Below are positions 47,832 to 57,888 of a stretch of 64,000 bases of DNA, one piece after another. The DNA lies in IMG/VR virus record IMGVR_UViG_3300007735_000779, positions 3,334-67,333 of that record; one strand, written 5' to 3'. The notes under the pieces are model-generated. The model was not told where the DNA came from. It made no database searches and saw only the letters and a list, made by a program, of their open reading frames with translations. Origin of the DNA: a virus. A program made the translations under genes and the position numbers. Each line of letters starts with the position of its first letter. Position 1 is the stretch's first letter.

Positions 47832-48509
47832 ATGGTTATAGATCTACGTGAAATACCTACCGTTTGGATTAATTTAGACCGGGCAACAAAAAATGCAGCA
47901 ATGATGGATGCAAGATTCCGTCATCATAGGTTTAAAAATACCCATAGAAAATCAGCAAGAGAAATTGCGCCACCTGATGACACACCAGACACAATAAAAC
48001 ATTATGTTGGATGCGCACAATCTCATATTGATATTTTAGATGATGTAAACTATTCACATCCTTTATTAATTTTAGAAGATGATGCCGAATTTACTCCAGA
48101 CTTTCATCCTATGATTGAAGTCCCAGATGACACAGACGCAGTTTATCTTGGCACATCTGCTGGAAACCCTCACTATCTCACAAAACGAGTAAACAAATAT
48201 TACATGAGAATTGGCAAAATTCTAGCAACTCATGCTATTCTGTATTTAAATCCAGAATACAAAAAAGCAGTTTCTGACATTGCAAAGATATTTGCATATA
48301 GACTGAAGGTTCCATTTGATAATGGATGTGCACTTGTACAGGAACGCTTTAATGTTTTGACTCCAAATAAACCTTTTTTTGTTCAAGCAAATGAAAGAGA
48401 AAGCGCAAACCAATGGGAAGTTATCACCTCACGCCCCTTGGTAGATAAAAATAGTGACTTTCCTGTTCGTGAAAAGAATGTGCAATTAGCAATACAGGTG
48501 CCAGCATGA
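47832..48509 (+). CDS. Glycosyltransferase, GT25-like
   Basis: WINLD, GCAQSH, LILEDDA, YLG, ATHAILY. Confidence 0.8.
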   Translation: MVIDLREIPTVWINLDRATKNAAMMDARFRHHRFKNTHRKSAREIAPPDDTPDTIKHYVGCAQSHIDILDDVNYSHPLLILEDDAEFTPDFHPMIEVPDDTDAVYLGTSAGNPHYLTKRVNKYYMRIGKILATHAILYLNPEYKKAVSDIAKIFAYRLKVPFDNGCALVQERFNVLTPNKPFFVQANERESANQWEVITSRPLVDKNSDFPVREKNVQLAIQVPA

Positions 48510-49294
48510 TATCATGTCAAAGTTTGGGATCAATGGGAAGACTTGGAAATCAGATGTTTCAGTATGCAACTTTGTATGCTACTGGAAAAACGTTAGGATA
48601 TGAAATAGGTGTTCCATATCACATACGCAGCAAAAACGATAAGTTAGATTTTTGCCTTTCCGATGCCTTTAATCTTTCTGCAAAAGATTCTTCTGGAAAG
48701 TATTTTGGTTCTCTTTATATGGAACCGCAGTTTAATTACGATTCTAATATTTTAAATATACCAGATGGGTGTGATATTAAAGGGTATTTTCAAAGTGAAA
48801 AATATTTTAAACAGTATAGATATGATTTACAAGATACTGAATTTAAATTTAAAGACATTATCAACAAACAAGTCGAACAGCTGTTTGCTGGCAATGATTC
48901 TGAATTAATATCTGTTCATATCAGACTTGGAGATTATTTACAGCTGCAAGATTGCCATCCCGTCTGCTCTGTAGATTATTATAAGAATGCTTTGGACTTG
49001 CTTCCAAAAGATTGTCAAATTGTTTTGTTTAGTGATGATTATCCCCAAGCTTTGCAACTGTTCAAATCATTTGGTTTGAATGTAATGCTTACGGGCGGAA
49101 ATGATAAATTTGTTGATATGTGTATGATGACTAAATGCAATTATCATGTAATCGCAAACAGTTCTTTTAGTTGGTGGGGAGCTTGGCTGTCTAAAAGTAA
49201 AAAAACAATTGCTCCCAAGACCTGGTTTGGCAATTCTCCTAATGTTGCAAAAAATTGGGATGATATCTACTGCGATGAATGGGAAGTGATATGA
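48506..49294 (+). CDS. GT11 alpha-1,2-fucosyl/colitosyltransferase
   Basis: GRLGNQMFQYA, GYFQSEKYF, HIRLGDY, FSDD, NSSFSWWGAWL. Confidence 0.93.
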   Translation: MISCQSLGSMGRLGNQMFQYATLYATGKTLGYEIGVPYHIRSKNDKLDFCLSDAFNLSAKDSSGKYFGSLYMEPQFNYDSNILNIPDGCDIKGYFQSEKYFKQYRYDLQDTEFKFKDIINKQVEQLFAGNDSELISVHIRLGDYLQLQDCHPVCSVDYYKNALDLLPKDCQIVLFSDDYPQALQLFKSFGLNVMLTGGNDKFVDMCMMTKCNYHVIANSSFSWWGAWLSKSKKTIAPKTWFGNSPNVAKNWDDIYCDEWEVI

Positions 49295-49961
49295 TAATTG
49301 ATATACCATCAGTAAAAACGTTTATGTAAACATGGACAATAAAGTTGAACGAAAAGATCAAACAGAAAAACTGTTATCTAGTTTAAAGTTTACTGATTAC
49401 CAACGTTATTCCGCAAAAACTGGACAAAATGCTATAGAAGGTTGTGCATTATCTCATATAGACATTTTAAGATCAAATAAAAATAATACTCCATTTCTAA
49501 TATTAGAAGATGACGTAACAACTGGAGAATTTTATAAAAAAATAATTGAAGTTCCAGATGATGCAGATGCAATTTATTTGGGATATTCTATGTGGGGGTT
49601 TGACAAAGAACGAGCTAAAAAATTTTCTAGAATGGATAATCCAACTTCATTTAAAAAAATTACAAATAACATATACAAAATATCAAATATGTTATCTACA
49701 CATGCAATTATGTATTGCAGTGAACGATATTCAACAGCTGTAGCTGATATTATGGAAACTATTTGGAACCAAGAACAGTGGCACTGCGATTATGCATGTG
49801 CTTTAATACAGGAAGAGTTTAACGTTTACGCGCCTTCTAATCCATATTTTTTCCAATATGATTATTGGACAATGCCTTGGACCTGCGTTTCTTTTGATAA
49901 TTTTTATACAACAAATTGTGAATACAAAAAGGCAATAAATGACCCAAGACTTAATCCCTAA
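49291..49961 (+). pseudogene. GT25-like glycosyltransferase with a 1-nt frameshift near codon 11 (or an N-truncated CDS from 49332)
   Basis: ATG 49291 gives MIIDIPSVKTFM*; the -1 frame continues YVNMDNK...GCALSH...LILEDD. The joined sequence aligns without gaps to the 47832 paralogue. Confidence 0.6.
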
Positions 49962-50643
49962 TGTAGGTTTATTGATTGTAGCTACAAATAAATATATTTC
50001 TTTTGTTCAAAACTTGGTAGATAGTGCTGATAAATGGTTTTTACCAGAATGTAATGTTACTTATTGTGTTTTTACCAATACTCCAAAACAATTAAATACG
50101 TCTAATTCTTTCAATATGATGCATATTGAGCATGAGCCTTGGCCTGCACCAACACTTAAAAGATATGATTATTTTGATCAATATGCAGATTATTTAAAAA
50201 ATTTTGATTATTTGTATTATTGTGATGCCGACATGCGCTTTGTTAATTCAGTTGGAAGTGAAATTTTAGAAGAATTGGTTTCTACTTCACATCCGGGATT
50301 TTGGGATAAATTAAATTTACAGTTTTCTTATGAAAGGCGTCCAAATTGTAAAGCATATATTCCATTTGGAAAAGGAAATGGATATTATGCTGGTGGTTTT
50401 AACGGTGGAAGCTCAAATGAGTTTTTAAAAATGGCTAAAACAATTGTGTATTGGCGAAAAGAAGATGAAAGAAACAATATAATTCCAATTTGGCATGATG
50501 AAAGTTATATGAATAAATACCTATACCTGAATTTGCCTACAAAAGTACTAAACCCAAGTTATTGTTATCCTGAAGCTTGGAACTTACCTTTTGAAAAAAA
50601 ATTGTTGGCATTAGATAAAAATCACAGTGAAATGAGAAATTAA
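49939..50643 (+). CDS. GT6 glycosyltransferase (ABO/alpha-1,3-Gal(NAc)-transferase family)
   Basis: IVATNKY, YCDADM (DxD), YYAGGFNGG, WHDESYMNKY, LNPSYCYPE, LDKNH. Confidence 0.9.
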   Translation: MTQDLIPNVGLLIVATNKYISFVQNLVDSADKWFLPECNVTYCVFTNTPKQLNTSNSFNMMHIEHEPWPAPTLKRYDYFDQYADYLKNFDYLYYCDADMRFVNSVGSEILEELVSTSHPGFWDKLNLQFSYERRPNCKAYIPFGKGNGYYAGGFNGGSSNEFLKMAKTIVYWRKEDERNNIIPIWHDESYMNKYLYLNLPTKVLNPSYCYPEAWNLPFEKKLLALDKNHSEMRN

Positions 50644-50648
50644 TTTTT

Positions 50649-51293
50649 ATGAAAATAAATTTAAATGAAATTTTAACTCTATGGTATGGTGGAATAAAAC
50701 CACATCGTCTTGAATTGATTCAAAATACCATAAGTGAGTTGAATTTAAAGGCAAAACACGTACCCACAACTGTTTCCGATGCTGCTGTTGGATTTGTTAG
50801 AATTGGCTGTTCAAGTAGCCATAAAAATGCATTAGAAGAAAGCATGAAACATTCTGGTCCTGTTTTAATTTTAGAAGACGACGCTAGCCCAAGCAAATGG
50901 TTTACAAATACAATTGAAATACCCGATGATGCAGATGCTTTTTATGCAGGAACTTGTTTAAATGCAATCCATCCTTATTGGGAAAAAATGGGTCCTGATG
51001 AAGGATGTTGTGGTGAACTGGAAGTATTAGGATCATATGATAATTTTTATAAAATTTCTAAAATGCTAACCACACATGCAATTATATACATTTCAGACAA
51101 ATATAAAAAAGATTGTTATGATTTATTGCATGAAAATAATGGAAAAAGGTATTTGGATGTTTTATTTGCTAGCAGAATGCACAAATATAATGTATATGCA
51201 CCAAAATATCCTTTATTTTATCAAAATTGCGAAAAAGAAAACTATGATGCATACATAAAAACCATAACACCACTTGTAAGTATATTAAATTAA
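50649..51293 (+). CDS. Glycosyltransferase, GT25-like (third paralogue)
   Basis: GCSSSH, LILEDDA, IPDDADAFYAG, MLTTHAIIY. Confidence 0.75.
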   Translation: MKINLNEILTLWYGGIKPHRLELIQNTISELNLKAKHVPTTVSDAAVGFVRIGCSSSHKNALEESMKHSGPVLILEDDASPSKWFTNTIEIPDDADAFYAGTCLNAIHPYWEKMGPDEGCCGELEVLGSYDNFYKISKMLTTHAIIYISDKYKKDCYDLLHENNGKRYLDVLFASRMHKYNVYAPKYPLFYQNCEKENYDAYIKTITPLVSILN

Positions 51294-51320
51294 TATACTA
51301 ATTCATAAATATTTTTAACT

Positions 51321-51947
51321 ATGCAAGAAGTATTTTATAATAGTATTAAGTGGGAAAATTCTGATTTATCTAATTGGCATGTTGAAAATACAAAATATAA
51401 TTTTTTATATAATTATAAATTTGATACAAACTCTACAGTTGTTGATATTGGATCTTATAATGGCACTTGGTTAAAAACCATTACTAGCATGTATGGCTGT
51501 TATGGGTTGGGTTTGGAACCCGTGAATAAATTTTATTTAGAAAGTTTAAATCATATTAACGATAAACTCCAGTTTATAAATGCTGGTATAACTATAAAAA
51601 ATGAGCATAAAGTAAAAATAAATTTAAACGTAGACAGCACTAACATTATGTCTACTGGAGGTGACTGTGAAGTTACTTTAATAAATGTTATAGATTTTTT
51701 AAATAATCTTTGTTTTAAACAAATAGATTTACTTCAAATTAATATTGAAGGATACGAATATGAGTTATTGCCATATATGATTGAAAATAATTTATTTAAT
51801 AATATTAATAATTTACAAATACAATTTCACTCAATATCCAATTTAAGTGAAAACAAATATATGGATATAAAAAAGAAATTAAATGAAATAGGATTTAAAG
51901 ATACTTTTGATTTTAAACTTGTCTGGTATGGAGCAACAAAAATATGA
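51321..51947 (+). CDS. FkbM-family methyltransferase
   Basis: VVDIGSYNG, EPV, IDLLQINIEGYEYELL, QIQFH; CATAAATA upstream. Confidence 0.8.
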   Translation: MQEVFYNSIKWENSDLSNWHVENTKYNFLYNYKFDTNSTVVDIGSYNGTWLKTITSMYGCYGLGLEPVNKFYLESLNHINDKLQFINAGITIKNEHKVKINLNVDSTNIMSTGGDCEVTLINVIDFLNNLCFKQIDLLQINIEGYEYELLPYMIENNLFNNINNLQIQFHSISNLSENKYMDIKKKLNEIGFKDTFDFKLVWYGATKI

Positions 51948-52846
51948 AATATTTGGTTACTGGCGGATCGGGATTTATTGGATCTAATATAGTAGATTTT
52001 CTTGTTTCAACGGAAAATGAAGTTATTGTTATAGACAACGAATCTTCTGATGCTCATGATAAATTTTATTACAACTTAAAGGCAACTTATTATAAACACT
52101 CTGTAGTGGATTATGATATGTGCTCTGAAGTTTTTAAACTCCATAAACCTGATTATGTATTACATTTGGCAGCAGAAGCAAGAATTCAAAATTGCATTGA
52201 AAATCCTACTAAAGCATATGAAACTAATTTAATGGGCACTTTGAATATTTTGGCACTTTGCAAAGAATATAAAGTTAAACGATTAGTTCTTTCAACCACA
52301 TCTGCAATTTATGGTTTAAAAAACACAGGAGCTTTACATGAAGAAATGCCCGCTGACTGTTTAAATTCATATTCTTTAAGCAAATGGAACGCGGAACATG
52401 CATGTAAAATATACAGTTCAATGTATGGGGTGGATACTGTATGTTTAAGATATTTTAATGTATATGGTCCTCACCAGCCAATAAAAGGTCCATATGCACC
52501 AGTTATTGGAATTTTTTCAAAACAACTTTTATCTAATGGACCATTAACGGTGGTTGGGGATGGCGAACAAACTAGAGATTATATTCATGTCTTTGATGTT
52601 GTACGAGCCAATGTTATGGCCACTAAATACCAAGGACAACTTAACGGAGAAGTATTTAATGTTGGGACAAATAAAGCTTATTCTGTAAATGAAATAGCCA
52701 AAAAGCTTTCAACTAATATTAAATATTTACCACCAAGAAATGGAGAAGCTAGAGCTTCTCTTGCTAATATAGAAAAAATTCAAAATTATTTTGGTTGGAA
52801 ACCAACAATTGAATTGATGAAATGGATTGATTTAAATTTTAAATAA
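51944..52846 (+). CDS. NAD-dependent sugar epimerase/dehydratase (GalE-like extended SDR)
   Basis: GGSGFIGS, HLAA, YSLSK, LRYFNVYGP, GDGEQTRDYIHV. Confidence 0.9.
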   Translation: MKYLVTGGSGFIGSNIVDFLVSTENEVIVIDNESSDAHDKFYYNLKATYYKHSVVDYDMCSEVFKLHKPDYVLHLAAEARIQNCIENPTKAYETNLMGTLNILALCKEYKVKRLVLSTTSAIYGLKNTGALHEEMPADCLNSYSLSKWNAEHACKIYSSMYGVDTVCLRYFNVYGPHQPIKGPYAPVIGIFSKQLLSNGPLTVVGDGEQTRDYIHVFDVVRANVMATKYQGQLNGEVFNVGTNKAYSVNEIAKKLSTNIKYLPPRNGEARASLANIEKIQNYFGWKPTIELMKWIDLNFK

Positions 52847-52858
52847 GAAATGTTATAA

Positions 52859-53779
52859 ATGAGTAATTTAATGTTTTGTTTTTATAATCCGGGTCATAAT
52901 GGTGATATACACTATTCTAGAGAATTTGTTAAAGATATTTGCAAAAAGTTAAATACGACTGCAGAATATGCAATGACATGTTCTACAAATTTGACAAAAG
53001 ATATAAATTGTTTAACAAATTTTCCTGCTGCAGATATTAATGCACCCAACAATAGCCGTATTATAAAAAATTTGCATATTTCATTAGAAGATGAAACTTT
53101 TTTTGACCAAACCAGTAATACGTTATTCATCAATACGTGGGTCGGCTCATCTCATGTAAAATATTTAAATCAAGGTGGTGGCTGTTGCCTTGAAAGTTGT
53201 TATCTTAAATTTAAACATATATTCAATGATCTAGATATTCCTTTAAATGAAAAAGAATTTTATGTTCCAGAAATAGATTGGTCTTATTATAATGTTTTAA
53301 ATATTGATAATTTTATCAATACAAGCAGCTATTCAAAATTTTATCTTTTTTGTAATGGGCCAGTTCTTTCATGCCAAGCACATAATATTGATTTAAATCC
53401 AATAATTTTTCAATTGGCATTAAATAACCCCAACGCAGCTTTTATACTTACAGATAATAGTGTAAAAATTGAACTTCCAAATGTTTTTTATACTTCTGAT
53501 ATTACAAAAATCAAAGGTTGCGATTTAAATGAAATAGGATATTTAGCAACTAAATGTAATTTTATTTTTGGTAGAGCAAGTGGACCATATTGTTTTTCTC
53601 ACACAAAACAAGTATTAAAAGACAAAACAAAAACACTAATGGCTTTGTGTAATAATAGAAATGATGGTCTTTGGGCTCCTCCTGAAACATTTAACCAAGA
53701 AGAAAAAGCAAAACAACTGTGGACACATCAATATGATGCATCTATGTTGTTCAACGAAATTCAACATAATTTAAATTAA
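52859..53779 (+). CDS. Hypothetical protein, possible GT-B glycosyltransferase
   Basis: HNGDIH..REF and DLNEI.YL...GRASGP; lies within the glycan island. Confidence 0.45.
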   Translation: MSNLMFCFYNPGHNGDIHYSREFVKDICKKLNTTAEYAMTCSTNLTKDINCLTNFPAADINAPNNSRIIKNLHISLEDETFFDQTSNTLFINTWVGSSHVKYLNQGGGCCLESCYLKFKHIFNDLDIPLNEKEFYVPEIDWSYYNVLNIDNFINTSSYSKFYLFCNGPVLSCQAHNIDLNPIIFQLALNNPNAAFILTDNSVKIELPNVFYTSDITKIKGCDLNEIGYLATKCNFIFGRASGPYCFSHTKQVLKDKTKTLMALCNNRNDGLWAPPETFNQEEKAKQLWTHQYDASMLFNEIQHNLN

Positions 53780-53788
53780 GGTTTATAC

Positions 53789-54142
53789 ATGTCTAATATA
53801 GCAGCAGCAATTGAAAATACTATTAAAGAACAAGTTAATTTTATTTTAAACAATAAAGTAAAAAATGTACCAGATTTGCCAGTAGATATTATTGTTACTG
53901 ATAATTTGGCAGAAATTATTGAAAAATTAGTAATTCTTCATATTCGAACTTGGTTTTTAGAAGATATGGCAGGTGTAGCTAAAAACGATGAAGAACTTGC
54001 AAATATAAAAAGAAAAGTAGACATTTGTTTTAAACAAAAAAGACCAATGTATATTCAAGCTATAAATAAAATTATAGATGATGCTATTGTTAACAATAAA
54101 TCTCTTATAGAAAATTCTGTTAAAATTTATAAAAATCATTAA
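53789..54142 (+). CDS. Hypothetical helical protein (DUF4254-like)
   Basis: LAEIIEKLVILHIRTWFLED. Confidence 0.5.
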   Translation: MSNIAAAIENTIKEQVNFILNNKVKNVPDLPVDIIVTDNLAEIIEKLVILHIRTWFLEDMAGVAKNDEELANIKRKVDICFKQKRPMYIQAINKIIDDAIVNNKSLIENSVKIYKNH

Positions 54143-54144
54143 AT

Positions 54145-55296
54145 ATGGAAACAATTAAATTAGTAAAAGATACAATTTCTCATGGAGAAATCGATCTTCT
54201 ATGTGAATGGCTTAAAACGTATCCACAATTAACTAAAGGTCCACTTACAGAAGAATTTGAAAATTTGTGGGCAAATTGGCTAGGGACAAAGTATGCAGTT
54301 TTTGTAAATTCAGGATCGTCTGCTAATTTAGCTATGCTTTATGCTTTGAAGATATCCAATAGACTTAAAAATAATAAAATTGTCTTACCATGTGTTTCGT
54401 GGGTTACTACAGTTAGTCCCGCAATGCAATTTGGAATGGAACCTATTTTATGCGAAACAGACAAAGAAACACTTGGACTTGATGTTGCTGCATTTGAAAA
54501 AATCTGTAAAGAAGAAAATCCATCGTGTGTGTGTATAGTACACGTTTTAGGAATTCCAAATAAATTAAAAGAAATTCAAAATATTTGTACAAAGTATGAT
54601 GTCATACTATTGGAAGATTCGTGTGAGAGTGTAGGATCTTTATATGAAGACAAACAAACTGGTACGTTTGGATTGATGTCTTCTTTTTCTACTTACTTTG
54701 GTCATCATTTTTCAACAATTGAAGGTGGATTTGTATGTACAGATGATTTTGAATTGTATGAAATTTTAAAATCAATACGGTCCCATGGATGGAGTAGAGA
54801 TCTATCAGAAAAAACAAAAAAACAGCTTCAATTTGAAAATAAAATAGATGATTTTAAAAATTTTTATACTTTTTATTATCCAGGATTTAATCTAAGAGCA
54901 ACAGATGTTCAAGCATTCTTGGGTATCAGTCAACTTAAAACTTTAAAAGACAAAAATTTAAAAAGATATAATAATTTAAAATTATATGATTCTCTTATAC
55001 ATAACACTTATTGGAAATTAAAATTTAATAGTTTTATTAGTAATTTTGCGTATCCAATAATACATCCATTAAAAAATAAAATTGCTGAAGCATTACAGCA
55101 ATCAAAAATTGAATGCAGACCTCTTATTTGTGGTAGTATGTCCAGACAACCATTTTTTTATAAACAATATGGCTTGAAAGAATATAATTTTGCAGACATT
55201 ATTCACGAATACGGATTGTATATTCCAAATAATCCAGAAATGTCTGTAGAAGAAATTACACACATTTCAAATGTTGTGAATTCAATTATTGTGTAA
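54145..55296 (+). CDS. DegT-family PLP enzyme, ColD-like GDP-4-keto-6-deoxymannose 3-dehydratase
   Basis: VNSGSSANL, EDSCES, FSTYFGHHFSTIEGG (His in place of the PLP-binding Lys, as in ColD/E1), RSHGW.R. Confidence 0.75.
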   Translation: METIKLVKDTISHGEIDLLCEWLKTYPQLTKGPLTEEFENLWANWLGTKYAVFVNSGSSANLAMLYALKISNRLKNNKIVLPCVSWVTTVSPAMQFGMEPILCETDKETLGLDVAAFEKICKEENPSCVCIVHVLGIPNKLKEIQNICTKYDVILLEDSCESVGSLYEDKQTGTFGLMSSFSTYFGHHFSTIEGGFVCTDDFELYEILKSIRSHGWSRDLSEKTKKQLQFENKIDDFKNFYTFYYPGFNLRATDVQAFLGISQLKTLKDKNLKRYNNLKLYDSLIHNTYWKLKFNSFISNFAYPIIHPLKNKIAEALQQSKIECRPLICGSMSRQPFFYKQYGLKEYNFADIIHEYGLYIPNNPEMSVEEITHISNVVNSIIV

Positions 55297-55309
55297 TTTA
55301 GGAATTTTT

Positions 55310-56254
55310 ATGAATAAAAATGATAAAATATTTGTAGCTGGCCACAGAGGATTGGTTGGTTCTGCTTTAATAAGAAAGCTTAAAGAAAATGGTTTTACGA
55401 ATTTAATTACTAAAACTAAAGATGATTTGGATTTAAGAAATCAAATAGATGTAAAATATTTTTTTGATAAAGAACAACCAGAGTATGTATTTTTAAGTGC
55501 GGCAAAAGTGGGTGGTATTGGATGGAATAAAAATTGTCCAGCAGAATTTATTTACGACAATTTGCAAATACAAAATAATATTATACATAGTTCACATTTA
55601 AACAAAGTTAAAAAATTATTATTTTTAGGATCAGCATGCATATATCCTAAGATAACACCACAGCCAATTAAAGAAGAATATTTAATGACCGACCAGTTAG
55701 AACCAACAAATGAAGGCTACGCTTTGTCAAAAATTGTTGGTTTAAAGATGTGTCAATATTATAAAAAACAATATGGATTTGATGCTATATCTCTTATGCC
55801 TGCAAATTTATACGGAATTAATGATAATTTTAACATAGAAAAATGTCATGTTATACCCGCATTGATACGTAAATTCATTGATGCAAAGGAAAATAATGAC
55901 ACATCTATAGTATGTTTTGGTGATGGTACTCCTACAAGAGAATTTTTATTTGCAGACGATCTTGCAGATGCCTGTTTGTTTTTAATGCAAAATTATCATT
56001 CATCGGAAATAATTAATGTTGGATCTGGTATAGATGTTACAATTAAAGAATTAGCAGAAACAATAAAAAATAAAATAGGATTTTCTGGACAAATAATTTG
56101 GGACACAACAAAACCAAATGGTACTCCTCTTAGAAAAATTTGCAATAAAAAAATAAACTCAATGGGTTGGTTTGCTAGTACAAAATTAGAAGACGGAATA
56201 TCTAAAACAATAGACTGGTACTTAGAAAATAGAAAAAATTATTATAGAAATTAA
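55310..56254 (+). CDS. fcl: GDP-L-fucose synthase / GDP-colitose synthase (Fcl/ColC)
   Basis: AGHRGLVGSA, AAKVGGI, LGSACIYP, LEPTNEGYALSK, HVIPALIRKF, REFL..DD. Confidence 0.9.
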   Translation: MNKNDKIFVAGHRGLVGSALIRKLKENGFTNLITKTKDDLDLRNQIDVKYFFDKEQPEYVFLSAAKVGGIGWNKNCPAEFIYDNLQIQNNIIHSSHLNKVKKLLFLGSACIYPKITPQPIKEEYLMTDQLEPTNEGYALSKIVGLKMCQYYKKQYGFDAISLMPANLYGINDNFNIEKCHVIPALIRKFIDAKENNDTSIVCFGDGTPTREFLFADDLADACLFLMQNYHSSEIINVGSGIDVTIKELAETIKNKIGFSGQIIWDTTKPNGTPLRKICNKKINSMGWFASTKLEDGISKTIDWYLENRKNYYRN

Positions 56255-56287
56255 TTTACTTTTAACAAATAAAGATATAATAAAAAC

Positions 56288-57271
56288 ATGAATAAAACTG
56301 CTTTAATTATTGGTGCTAATGGTCAAGATGCTTCTTATGCTGCAGAATTTTTAATAGAAAAGGGCTACCAAGTGCATGGTACAATTCGTAGAAATTCAGT
56401 ACCAGAATCTCAAACTACCAGAATAGAACATCTTCATGAAAAAAATTTAATAACTTTACATTATGCAGATCTAACAGATGCAATTAGTATTGAAACGGTA
56501 ATACAAAAAACACAACCACATGAAATTTATCATCTAGGCGCACAGTCGCATGTTCAAATTTCATTTGATCTTCCACAGTATACATTAGATGTAAATGGCG
56601 GAGGAACTTTAGCGGTTCTTGAAGCCGTTAGAAGATTTTCTCCACATTCAAAGGTGTATCATGCGGCAACATCCGAGATGTTTGGTAATTCATGTGATAG
56701 TGACGGGTACCAAAGAGAAACAACTCCTATGGTGCCAGTTAGTCCATATGGATGTGCTAAATTATATGCACACACTTTATGCAGAAATTATTCTCAATCT
56801 TACGGAATGTTTGTTTGTTCTGGAATTTTATTTAATCACGAATCTCCTAGAAGAGGGATTAACTTTGTAACTAATAAAGTTGCTCTTCAAGCCGCAAAAA
56901 TTAAATTGGGAATGGACGATAAACTTATTCTTGGAAATCTTTATGCTAAAAGAGACTGGGGACACGCAAAAGACTATGTAGAAGCTATGTGGCTTATGTT
57001 ACAACAAAACTCTCCAGACACTTTTGTCATATCAACTGGCGAAACTCGCACAGTAAAAGACATGGTTGAATATGTTTTTAACAAAGTAGATTTAGATGTA
57101 AATAAATATGTTCAAACTGCGGATAAATATTGTAGACCAGAAGAACTTCATTATCTTCGTGGCGATTCTACAAAAGCTAAAACAATTTTGAATTGGTCTC
57201 CAAAAATTACATTTACATCAATGATGGATGAAATGGTTGATTATTGGATGAATAAACTACAAAAAATTTAA
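56288..57271 (+). CDS. gmd: GDP-mannose 4,6-dehydratase
   Basis: GANGQDASY, AQSHV, TSEMFG, SPYGCAK, GILFNHESPRRG..FVT, RDWGHAKDY. Confidence 0.95.
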   Translation: MNKTALIIGANGQDASYAAEFLIEKGYQVHGTIRRNSVPESQTTRIEHLHEKNLITLHYADLTDAISIETVIQKTQPHEIYHLGAQSHVQISFDLPQYTLDVNGGGTLAVLEAVRRFSPHSKVYHAATSEMFGNSCDSDGYQRETTPMVPVSPYGCAKLYAHTLCRNYSQSYGMFVCSGILFNHESPRRGINFVTNKVALQAAKIKLGMDDKLILGNLYAKRDWGHAKDYVEAMWLMLQQNSPDTFVISTGETRTVKDMVEYVFNKVDLDVNKYVQTADKYCRPEELHYLRGDSTKAKTILNWSPKITFTSMMDEMVDYWMNKLQKI

Positions 57272-57284
57272 AGCTACTAGAAGC

Positions 57285-57312
57285 TTGACATTTACGCTAT
57301 TTGTGGTATAAT
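57285..57312 (+). promoter_or_regulatory. Sigma70-type promoter of gp55
   Basis: TTGACA-16 nt-TATAAT with an extended TG, 6 nt before ATG. Confidence 0.75.
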
Positions 57313-57318
57313 TAACAC

Positions 57319-57888
57319 ATGGCAAAGGGCAAAGTAAAGAAAAAGAAAAAAGATAGTGATGACTACGTAGATAACTCACGATTATATCAAGAACTGGTTG
57401 ACTTCAAGAAGAAGAGAGAAGCGGCCGAAAGCGCAGGAAAGAAACAACCAAAGTTACCTGATTACGTAGGCGAATCAATATTAAAGATAGCAACTAGATT
57501 ATCTTTTCGGCCCAACTTTGCCAACTATAGCTACCGCGAGGAGATGGTCTCCGACGCGGTTTTAAATTGCATTACATACATTAATAACTTTGACCCGGAT
57601 ATCTCAAAGTCTCCGTTTGGTTATCTCACACAGATTTGCTGGTTCTCCTTTGTTCGTATCATCAACAAGGAAAAGAAGGAAAAGTACATCCAGTTCAAGT
57701 TGGCTCATTCAAAGAATGACCCAGAGTTTCACAAGTGGTTCAATGAAAAGTTCTCTGGTGTGGAGAACGGTTTCAAGGACGCATTTGGCATTGGAGAGGC
57801 CGAGGTAGAAAAGATGGACAAGCTTCTTGAAGGAAAGCGCAAAGGAAGAAAGAAGAAGAATACAGATGGAGGTTCATTGAATGTGTAA
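57319..57888 (+). CDS. 55: Late transcription sigma factor gp55
   Basis: YVDN, YVGE.ILKIA..LS.RPNF.NYSYREEM.SDA, NFDP..S.SPF.Y.TQI. Confidence 0.95.
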   Translation: MAKGKVKKKKKDSDDYVDNSRLYQELVDFKKKREAAESAGKKQPKLPDYVGESILKIATRLSFRPNFANYSYREEMVSDAVLNCITYINNFDPDISKSPFGYLTQICWFSFVRIINKEKKEKYIQFKLAHSKNDPEFHKWFNEKFSGVENGFKDAFGIGEAEVEKMDKLLEGKRKGRKKKNTDGGSLNV

